A stretch of DNA of 63,565 nt, the filler included, from Intoshia linei (lineage: Eukaryota > Animalia > Orthonectida), in assembly GCA_001642005.1 (NCBI GenBank). It is 6 parts of 6 records of this genome, joined end to end, with 100 filler letters (N's around TTAATTAATTAA, not from the genome) between each part and the next. Parts side by side here need not be neighbours in the genome. Positions count along the whole stretch, not along the records: positions 1 to 30,220 come from LWCA01000368.1; 5 more parts are not named here. One strand, given 5' to 3'. Shown one piece after another: positions 14,901 to 26,900 of this stretch; the stretch's first letter is position 1; every line of letters starts with the position of its first letter. The notes below the pieces were generated by a model. It had not been told where the DNA came from. It did not search any database and was given only the letters and a program-made list of their open reading frames with translations. The translations under genes were made by a program, and so were the position numbers.

Positions 14901-17900
14901 TGCGCCGTACAGAAATCTGACTTTATTTTATAAATTTTTTAAAATTAGTGTTAAAGTTTTACATTCACAATTCTTTAATGAAAATTTTAAGATTTACTAT
15001 ATTTAAATATTTTAATATAACTTATACATTAAATACTATGGAAAACACCAAAAATATCAACATTTCATCATACATCAAATGTTCTTTACTAAATTTAAGT
15101 CACCAAATATAAAGTATTTTTGTATTATTATACAATGTAATTTTATATTTTGATCGTTTTTTGTCTTTGCACATTTTTGAATATCGATGTTTTTTCAAAT
15201 CTTATCAAAATTTGAGGTGCGCCCTGACGTAAAAAAGGTTAAGAAACACTGGTCTAATGTAATAAAATAGTAAATTTATATAAATTTTGATAAATAATTA
15301 AATGCACTTAAAAACTTCAAACTAACCCATATTTCAGAATCACTGAGTAAATTATTTGTAAGGTACGCATCAGATGTTTATAGTACTAAATTATATAAAA
15401 TTGAAAATTATTACGACTTCCATTTGACTTTTATCAACAAATGACCAATCCAAATCTCCTGGCGCAGGGCCTTTTGGAATGAATATAATCTCTTCTTGTG
15501 TAGTTTCTGGAGTGAGATTTTTCCCTTTTTTCTTCTTTGCAGAAGGGCCTATATTTGAAAATTTGAAAATTTAAATGCATAAATGTATAATATATTGGAC
15601 TAGGTTCACTGTTATGTACTACATATAAACAGGACCTAGCTCTGCCGAATGCACATTTTTATTATACTTAAAAAATAAATTCACGTTAAAAATCTAATTT
15701 AAAAATCCTACTATTCACTATTATATAGCCTTTAAAAAAGTGATTCCCAAATTTGTGTCAGGTGGAACCATCATATCACATTATCTTTTAATTTAATTCC
15801 ACGTTAAATTTATTTTGTTAACATTTGTGTAAAGAATTTTAAAAAAAATTGTTATCCGATTTTTTTAATTTCCTGGGGTTGAAATTTTGTATTTATATCA
15901 AATGGAATAAGCTCTATCAGATATTTAATCTTTTTTTTAATTGTTTATTTATACCATTAATTATTTCAAATTTTTGGTTTTAATAAAATAGTTTCAATAT
16001 AAAAAAATGCATATTAAAGTACTTTTTTGACCGTGAAGTCGTCACTTATTCGGATTGAAAATTTCTGTGTGTGTTAACAGGATACAACTGTACCATCTGT
16101 ATTTTGTAGCTTTTGTATTTATATCAACTGGACTAATCTCTATCAGAATAATCTCTTTTTTTTGAATTTTCGGACCGTTGATTATTTCACATTTTTTGTT
16201 TTAATAAAATATTTCAAAAAAAAAATATATAAATACTAAAATGCATTTTTGACCGTGAAGTCGTCACTTATTCGGATTGAAAATTTCTGTGTGTGTTAAC
16301 AGGATACAACTGTACAACCTGTAAATTTGTTGAAATTCTAGGGCTGTTTTTATTAAAAAAAGACGGGTGATTTTGGGCCCTGAAAATATAATTTTTTTAA
16401 ATTTAAATTTATGGTAATGTTTATGATTTTAAAATCCGTATCAGCGTATATATTTTTTTAAATTCTCCAACTCGTTTGATTTTCAAAAATTCAATAGGTC
16501 AATTTAATAGTCTTAGAGAGGTTGCTAGAGTCTATATGACATTACTCATGGTTTAAGAAAATTTTATTAAGGGCTATTTTTCATTTTCGATGGCCTTTAA
16601 CTGGGTAGTTTCTCTAGATTGATGTATCCATCCATTAAGTAGTTTTTTGTTAGATTAGCCCATATTTATTAAATTATTCGATAAACTTTAAAATACGACT
16701 TATTATTGTAAATACGCGTTTCGAATATAATGTATTTAACTGGTAATCGCTATAAAACTGAATAGAGTAAGAGAAGTAAGAAGCTAAGTACATTATCGAT
16801 TTAAATTAAAATAATTTATAATTATAGGGAGCTTGTCCACCTATAGACAATAAAAGTTAAAATTTATACTGTGAAATTGTTTATACATGATATATGTAAT
16901 ATAATTGGCAAATTTATTTTCACTAACAAGGTTTCGAGTTATCATAATACACCCTAGTAACAGAACTAGACGTAAAATTTATACTGTAGTATAATTACTT
17001 CTTGATTTTTTAAGAGAATTTTTGGCAGAATTTTTTTGCAGACTTTTTATTTTATCCTTACCTAAATGTATCATTATTTAAAATTAAAACCATCTTTTTT
17101 TTATTTATATTATATCCATCTTTTGAGTTATAAACTATGTAGTTAATTTATAATATATAATAATAAACAAGCTAATATATAATTGCAGTATATTAATTAA
17201 TAGTAATTTTATAAATTACCTTTTTTATAAGCATCAATTTTGACTGGTTCTGCTTGTTGACTTTCGGCAATGTCTGTATTTTCATTTTTTTCAGTATTAT
17301 CCGTACTATCATTTAGAACTTCAATATTTTGATCCTCTATTTCAGTGTCCATTTCTTCAATTACGCTTTCTTTTTGCTAAATTATGCAGTTTAAAAAAAT
17401 TGATTCTAAATTCTATTTTAAAAATGAAATTTTGAACAATTTGAAAATTTCGCAATCTCTCTCGACAAAAAGTCGAGCAACATGAATGCAAAAAGCTAGA
17501 GTATATTTAACTTCCGTTTGAAAATTCATTCATTCATTCTGTAGACTAACATTCCATTTCAAAAATGGTTACCCAGTGTGTAATACACACACACATGTTG
17601 GGTACCGTTTAATATACATATAGCGTCAAAAGTATGTCAACAAAAATTTTCTTTTTAAATTAAATCAAAAAAATTAATTGAACAATAAAATCTTACTTAA
17701 AAATGCTACTATTCACTAATATCAATCCTTTAAAAGAGTGGTTCCCAAACTTTTTTCACCACTGATCGGTTATTTCATATTATATTTTAATTTAAAATGA
17801 ATTAAATTCCAATTATTTTGTTTTATTTTGTCAAGATTTGTGTAAACAATTTTAAAAACAATTTTAAAAACAATTTTGTGATTTGATTTTTTTAATTTAT

Positions 17901-20900
17901 TAGACAGAATGAGTGTATTATCTTAAAATAAAGTCGAAACCGTACAATCCTAAAAATTGTTAAAAATACCTTAAATTCCATAAAAAATAAAATTGTACCG
18001 GTAATTTCCTTTTAAATATGGTGGTATATTCAGTATCTACTTTCAATGAGTAAATAATATTTCTTATCAATAATTATTTCGGCTGTACTGTAGTATGTAG
18101 GGATATTTCATAACGTTAACGTTCATGGAGTATTTCAAGTAAATAAATTCCAAAAATCCGTTTAAAAAAAAAAATAAATCAGCATAATATAATCATGCAA
18201 AAATAAAATTTTTTCATTTAAATGATTCAAAAAAGATGAGAATTATATATTATAGACAGATCTCAATGGTCTTTGATTTTTACATTTAATAAGTTCACAA
18301 GAAAAGGTTGTGTCAGCCACAATGAAAAATCTTTAACTTTGATCTTTTCAAAACGTATATTTTTCTCTATTTTAAAATGATTTATTTAACCAAAAGAAAT
18401 GACTATAATTATTGGATGAAATATTTTCTATATAAACATCTAATAATAATTTAATGACAATAAATTAATTTAAAGTTTTCATAATCCTATAAATTCTTAA
18501 TATTGTCTAGGCCCACCAAAAAGGCGTAGACTCCATCAAATTTCCAATGTCCCACAAACACTGCTTTAGATATCGAAAAATTTTTAAATTTTAAAATTAG
18601 ACAAAATTATTAACTTTGACTGAAACAGTAAAATGACTAAATCTCCAAACGGACGGTTATATATTACAGATTCCATAATTGCTTCAAGTATTTTAATACA
18701 ATCTACGTAGACATTATTAATATGCTTTTCCGATGATATTGTAATCAACTTTGATCTATTGTTTTTTACAATATATTGTTCCAATTTTGGCCATGAATTT
18801 TCAAAATAATTTAATCTAATGATATTTAATTTATAAAAATTGTAAAGAAATTTAAAATATTATTTTGACTGATGTAATAATTCAAAACTTGTTTATATTC
18901 ATATATTAATACATAATAATATATACTTTAATATTTTTGATATGATTAATTATAGTTAAATAAGAAACTCATCATCATAACCTGGGGTATGCCACGTATC
19001 TGTCCGAACAAGAAAACAATGGAAGTTTTATGGGCATTACAATTTTCTAAATACAATCAATCCAAAATTAGAATGAGTTTGTAGACAATAAAATGAATAC
19101 ATATGTATACTATGAATTGAACTCGGTAAGTTGAAGTATAATCAAAATTAACGTGACCGGTTGATAATTAGTAAAATTTCTAGTAATTTGATTACAATGA
19201 AAATTAACTACTAACTATTAATAACGTTAATTTAATATCAATTTTTTAATTGTATATTGGTTATTTGAACTTTGGTATTACGAACAAACAAGTACGATAA
19301 GGGCATGTTTAAGTACCTATTTTAAACGGGAATTTTATTGACCGGACCATACCTTGATCATAACTCTTTTTAATATTTTTTTCTAATTTTAAATACTTGA
19401 TAACAATAGTTACAAGTAATACTACATTCTATTATAATAATTATTATAATGATAATGCTATATTCAATAAAAGGCATATCAAAAATAAACCTTTGTTGAA
19501 CTTGATTTTTATCCAATATATTACGCTTGTGTAATTTGTCACTAATTGTTTCAGAATTTAGTGTTTTGTCTTCATTATATTCAGCAACTAAATATTATAA
19601 AACATGTTAAACTATAAAATTAATTAAATTTAAAGTTCAAATGTAACAAATGGTCAAAAACAGATAATTAAATCAAAAATATACAAACAAATAAATATTT
19701 ACCAACCGCCCGGAGGTTATATATCACCATAAAAAAATACAAAATAATCAGTACATACTTCAATTTTTGTTTTTTTCAGTCTGATCGGAAATATTTATAT
19801 AAATAATTTCATAAGTAACATAGGTAAGTCTATCAATCAATAATTATTAAATAATGTTTTAGATAGTTTTTTTAAGGAGAGGTTTTATATCAAAAAATTA
19901 ATATCATAAATTAACACATACAAGATCTAAAAAGCGTAATACAATATAAGCCCATTGAGACTATCTGACGCAAACTTTACCTTTTATTTATTATCCGAAA
20001 AAATCTATAATATTGTTCCGTGTAATAAATGATGATGAAATGTCAAATATATTATGATTATTCAAATTTTTACCTCGATCGAAACAAATTTCATCAGAAA
20101 TTTCCAAGTTTATAATAACATCAAATAGATTATTATATGTTTTTGTCCCGTCTAAAGTGTCTGGAGTCTTCTTTGTTTTTGATTCTACTTTTTTCTTATC
20201 TATATCAGCCGTCGAACCAACAATAACTTTTTCCAAGTATTTAAATTGATTTATTGTTAAAGGATATCCATCCACAATCCATGAAACATTGGGTGCCAAT
20301 TCTCTAATATAAATAATAATTGGTTTAATGTACTTTTTATATTACTTGTTTTACATTTTGTTATATTTTAATTATTATTCAAGAAAACTCTTATTGTATT
20401 GTTGTAATACGAAACAACAAAGTTTTTATAAAATAATGATTATACATTGTAATTGTTAATAAAACATTATAATGAAATATGAATAATTTAATTGAAATGT
20501 TTTCAAAAATACCTTATTGTCAATAAAATCAATTCATTAATTATATTTTCGTCAACTTGTTTTCCTTTCTTTAAATTTCTATGGATTTTTTGTCCAATTT
20601 TCATTTTCATTGAAGTTGGCGTCTTATAAATTATTATGTTTAGATAATATACAGTAACTTTTCAATAATATTTTGACTCTTGTGGTAATTTAGGGCGTTA
20701 AATATTTTGACCAATCGGTAAAAGGTGGTAACTAACTGAAATGTTATCACTGTAGCTTTCAACGTGAGTAAACTGCAACAGCTTCAGGTTAAAAGTTATA
20801 AAGTTGTTGACAAGAATACTTAATACCGGGAGAAAGGTAATTTTAGCCTTTAATGAATGTTCCGCAGGGTATTTTTATTTTCTTAGTACCAATTAGCAAA

Positions 20901-23900
20901 AAATTACAATAATTAATGTTTTATTTCATTTTAAATAAGGAAATAAAAAATCAAAGAAAATCCGGTGTGTTTTATATACAAAATTAAAATTGCGTGCGAC
21001 ACTTCATTCGTGGTGAAAAAATTTTTTTTTGATTATGTGTTCATGATTTAAACTTCACAACTTGTGGCCTAAAGTTGTTACCAATGACAAAATTTTCCAA
21101 ATTAAAACACCCTATTATATATATCCTTCTCGGACCAATGAAAAACTAAGAGGCCAGAATTAGGGAAACGATGATGAACAGTACATTGAAATTAATTCGA
21201 CCCTTGTACATTATTTCTAGGAAAAAGGGACATCTTCAGAATGTCTAAATATTCATTAATTTTAAGATGTCTATCTAGACATCAAAGTGGTTCCCAAAGT
21301 GGTCCACATGGACGATTGGTGGTCCATAAGAAAAATTTTAAATAAAATGAAGATAAATTTTTTTTTAACAATAATATTAAATTAGAATATTATTAAGTAT
21401 CGATCATTTATTATTATTAGTGAACGTAAACATCATTTAATCAAAATGAAGTGAAAATATACTGAATAACCTGAATAATTTTCACATGTGCTAAATTTAA
21501 TTTATGCAACGATTTAACTTAGTTCAATTGTAGTTCCCGGAACCGAACCTAGAAAGTTCATCGCCACTCCAAAAATAAAAAATGGCCCTTAAAAAATTTT
21601 GTGAACGAATTATAATGTCATATAACCCTATCCACCTTTCTAAGACTCTTGAGTTGACATTTTAAATTTAACAATCAAATTCGTTGATATTCAAGAGTTT
21701 TTGTAATGCTCAATTTAGTAAATTAAAGCCTCCATTTTAGAAAAAATTTCGTCGAGATCCCTCGGTGGAAGGATCTCGCATACGTTAGATTGGACACTGG
21801 TACTTCGCCACAAGTATGTTTGAAATTAATAATTTTTTAATTACGGCATTGAAGCTACCATGTCAAAATGAATGTAAAATTTTCGATTTAAGGAGGAATG
21901 TATAACAAAAAAATAAAAATATTACCTTAGTGACGTGTTCAGTATTAAGATGATTTTTATAAAAAATTATGTGGTTTACACACATTTTTTTTTGACAAGT
22001 AGTCTATGGTAGGAAACGTTTGGGAACCACTGGTCTTAGAATAAAAAATAAAATTAGGGACAGTAACTTATAATTGAAATGAAAAAATAAAAAAATTGAC
22101 TATATAAACCTTATTTACAATTAATAATTTCGCAATTATACAAAATACATAATTTCACTATTTTAAAGGTTGAATTTACAATTGATGGTTTGATTGAAGA
22201 ATTTGCTTCATTAACTTTTTCCACAAGTGAAATTTCATTCACGTCACTTATTCGAGATTTTGCAGATGATTTCGTTACTAAATTAAATTGTTTTATTGCA
22301 CAGTAGTAGATTTACTATACATTACATTGTGTATGTAGTAAAATTAAATTCATATAACATAAATAAATAAAAAACCATTTTCAGTATCTTCACTAGTTTT
22401 AGACACCAAAGTTACACTATATTTTTCACTTTCTAGTCCAGACTAAATTAAATAAAATCCTTTATAAAATAAAAGTATAATTAATTAAATTGTATATTTG
22501 AATATAAATTAGGTCCTAAAGATAAGGGTGTCACATTTTTTTGAAATTTTGAACATTTAACGGAAAATTAACACTAAATTTGTGTATTTTTAAAACAGAA
22601 AAACTATTTTTATTTTTATTATTGTTTAATATTTTTATTACTAATTATTCTTAATATTACATAAATTAACAGATTGAGAACTAATTATCGTTGATTCTGA
22701 GATACATGTAACACCCTAGTATAAATACATGTATAATGTAAACTCATTTTATTAATAATTATAATTATTATAATACTATTAAAATATTAATGTATTTATA
22801 GTTTATATTGTACATGTTATATGTTCCAGTAATCTTATCAAAAATTATAAACAACGTACCTGAGTATCACGAGAGTATAAATTCATCATTTCCTCAATCA
22901 ATTCATCAACTCGTATTATTTTTATTAAATTAACTAAAAAAATTAAAATTAAACATAATTACAGTATTCTTTATATAACTCACCATTCTTGGGATTTAGA
23001 AAAAATTGGCGAGATAAAGAATATAAAATTATATAATTATCCGAAAAAACCTTTAAATTAAAGGTTAAATTGCAATAGAATGTAAATTGTAATACAAATT
23101 GTAGAATTTAATACAAAATAACAACTTATTTTAAAAAATATTTTTAAAATTTTTCGTTTATATTTTAAATTAATACCGAGTTGTAGAGTTGGCGAGTTGT
23201 GGAGAGAATACATAATATTATACAGTACAACACCTTTAAGTCAAAATTTGGTTAATTCAAAATTATTACGCTTTAAAATGTGTATAAAATTTATACTGTG
23301 ACTGATTAATTGTAAAACTGATTAAATTAAATTAAATTAAAAAAATCCGAACAAATCAATTTACGACATTTCCACCCATATATCTTTATTGGAAATGTGT
23401 AGACGTTCAATTCGCTTTTTTTGAAATTGTAGGATCAATATTTACTTTTTCATTTTTAATTTTAATGCAAACATTTGAAAAATATTGGTTGATATCATAT
23501 TAAAAGTTATTTTTCACCGAGTATGCGTAGATTTCTTGGGTTGAAATTTTATATTTATATCAACTGGAATAAGCTCTATCAGAATAATTATTTTTTTAAT
23601 TTTAATAAAATATTTGGAAAAAAAATATAAATATTAAAATGCTTTTTTGACCCTGAAGTCATCACTTATTCGGATTGAAATTTTGTGTGTGTGTTAACAG
23701 GATACAACTGTACCACCTGTAAATTTGTTTAAATTCTAGGGCTGTTTTCATTAAAAAAATAAGAGTAATTTGTGGTTTTGACACTGAAAATATAATTTTT
23801 TTAAATTCTCCAACCTGTTTGATTATCAAAAAAGGACAATTTGGATTTTTGACCCGTAAGATATGAGTTTGGGAGGTTGAAATTTATTTTGCCAACACCG

Positions 23901-26900
23901 CCGGAAAAAACTGTAATTAAATTGTGGACTTTATAAAATTTTAAGACGGGTAGTTATTTAAATAAAGTAGAACACAGGGTCGGCGTAATATACAAAATTT
24001 ATGAGAAATTTTATATTACAAAACTATATATTTCCTAATTATTTGGAAGCGGAACTAACAGAAAATTAATCATTTTTCCATTCTACTCTCAAATAAGCTT
24101 TAATTAAGTTTTATACAATGGTTAAATGGGTATAAAATAGCGGAAAATTTTCATTACTATTTGAGAGTTGAAAGTTTAATAAAATAGACAGTTTCTAAAT
24201 ACCTGTTTCGCTAAAAGCAAATGTTCTCTTGTTTGAGGCTTAGTTCCGTCAGTGGCAGCAACAAAAAATGAAAATGAATAAATCAGAATAATTTTTTTTT
24301 AATTGTAGGACCGTTAATTATTTTAAATTTTTTTTTACATAAAGTTTCGAAAAAAAATAAATATTAAAGTGCTTTTTTGACATTAAAAGTGTTACTTTGT
24401 CAGATTGAATTTTTTTTAAATTGTAGGGCTATTTTCATTTTTTAAAATAAAATTAATCTGTGATTTTGATCATGAAAAAAAACTTTTTTGATGTTGCTAT
24501 TTATGATAATGCTTATTATTTTAAAAATTTATATTATTACTTAACTTAGTTTATGTTGTACAAAATTCTAGGACGGGTTTGAATTTAAAAAAAGGACAAT
24601 TGTAGTTTTTACCTTGAAAGACTCAATTTTTGAGATTGAAATGTATCTTACATTCATCCGGAAAAAGCTCTAAAATGAAATGAGGAATTTTTAAAATTCT
24701 AAGACTCTTAGTTATTGAAATAAACGATAACAGACAGACATACAAACAAAGGGTTTTATATAAGTTAATATATATCAGCGGTTGGCAAACGTTTTTAGTC
24801 GGCGAACAAAATTGTCTTAAAAAAAATTTAAATGGGCATTATATACATTACATACATACACATATATTATATAATACATTATAATATAATACAAAGTTAA
24901 TATATTTGCGTTATATTACTACATATATACTCATTGTCTATAATTATAAACATAAACAATTAAAAAGTCCCCTCGACATAGCTAGCTACTTTTTGTATGA
25001 AGTGTATAACAGTCAATCTACTCTAGTGATTTTATGCAATAAATTACAAGATTCCAGCATTTCCAATATTTCTGATTTTCCACAAAAAGGTTTTCCAATG
25101 AATAATGCTCTTAAAGGAAAATAATTTAATAAAATTGCATCGTTTTCTGGCTATAACATAAACAATTATATTACAATTAGAAATATCATATTATAAACAC
25201 AAATCAATACTTACTAAGGACGGGTTAACAATTTGATTCAATACAGAGGATAAATTATTAAATATTAATTTCGTTCTAATAATGTTAATCTGTGGTAAAT
25301 TATCGTAAGGAATTACCCACATACCATTAAAATTCTAAAATTTTTAATAAAAATTTAAAATGAATATAAATAAAAGTTATAATTTAGCGATAATAATACC
25401 TGATAATCCTGAAAACTATTTTCATTAATTAAATCAATTTCTTCCATTGTATTGACAGCTTCATTATTATACAAAATTTTAGTTTTTGAAGTAATTTCTT
25501 CATCATTTTCCTCGGTGTTTGATAAATCAATACCATTTATAAACATGCATTTCCAATCATTATACAATTGAATTGGTATTAACTTACTAAATAATTATTT
25601 AATATAATAATTAATCAACGCACTTATCACACAGTATTCTATATTTTGTACATTTTAAGGATAATTCCACCATTTCATCCATTATTTTTTTACAAATTTC
25701 AAAATGTTTATCATATTTCTTTTTTAAACGTTTATTTTTTTCTTCTTTGGCTATGTTTTTTTTGTAATTACTTTGATGTGTAATTTCTATACTTTTCAAT
25801 TCACTTTCAATCTAAATTAAATTATAACAGATAATTTCATTATTGATTTTCGGTGTCTCAAAATCTATCTCTGTCTCAGAAATCGAATTTTTCGCGTTTT
25901 TAAAATAATATAAATTTTCAGTCATATAATATTAATAAACATAATTAATAAAAATTGAGTCCTTCGGAGTCAAAAACCCAAATTACTCTATTTTTTAAAA
26001 ATAAAATGAGTCTTGGAATTTAAATGGAATCGTTAAAACCAAAAAGTCGTCCTCTTCACAGCTAGCTGCTTTTTATACAAAGTACACAACATTCAAGTTA
26101 GTCTTATTATATTAATTTTTAAATTTTGAATTTTGAATTTTAAATATTCGTACACATTTTTTATTGAACGCTTGTCTAAATTCGTATTCATTTTTTGATT
26201 TCATGCGAATTTGTTCATTTCGTCTGTTTTCTTTTATGACATCTTTGATTTTTCTAAGATTTATTAGTTCCACAGCAATTCTTTTTTCCATTATGGATTG
26301 TTTTATTAAATTACTAAAAAGTGCATCTTCCTGCTTCTCCGCCTATGTTTATTATTATATTATTTAAATTAATGGTCCTCAAATAATAAAATACATATCA
26401 AAACATTTAGTGGAAAGTCTGCAAATTAGTGTATAAAAAGATACACTAAAAAAACTTTAGATTGGAATAGTTTGTGAGGCAGATTTGGAATATTATATTC
26501 TAATAAGGCATTATAATATTATCTTTAGCAGTGTCGTGTAAAGACTCTTGCATTCTAATTAAATAAAAACGTAAATTAAAAAATTATTTCATTTAAATTT
26601 AATTTTAAATCATTTTTATGGGTCCATGTATCTAGATTTTGTTTCAGACGGGCGATATCACAGTATGAACATTGTTCATTGACGTATGAATTGTTTAATT
26701 TTTATTTTTAAAATTTTTTCGTAGGTTTATTTTAAAGTTGATTTAAACAGGCCGGGATTGAAATATCGTTAAGTATCGTTAAATAATAAAATAATTAGGA
26801 TATACTATGTCATTAATTTCTTAACATACATTCAACTTAAAATCAATTAAAAAGTCGGCTCTCGGTAAAGCTGGTAGCTGTTTGTACAAAATTAACATTA

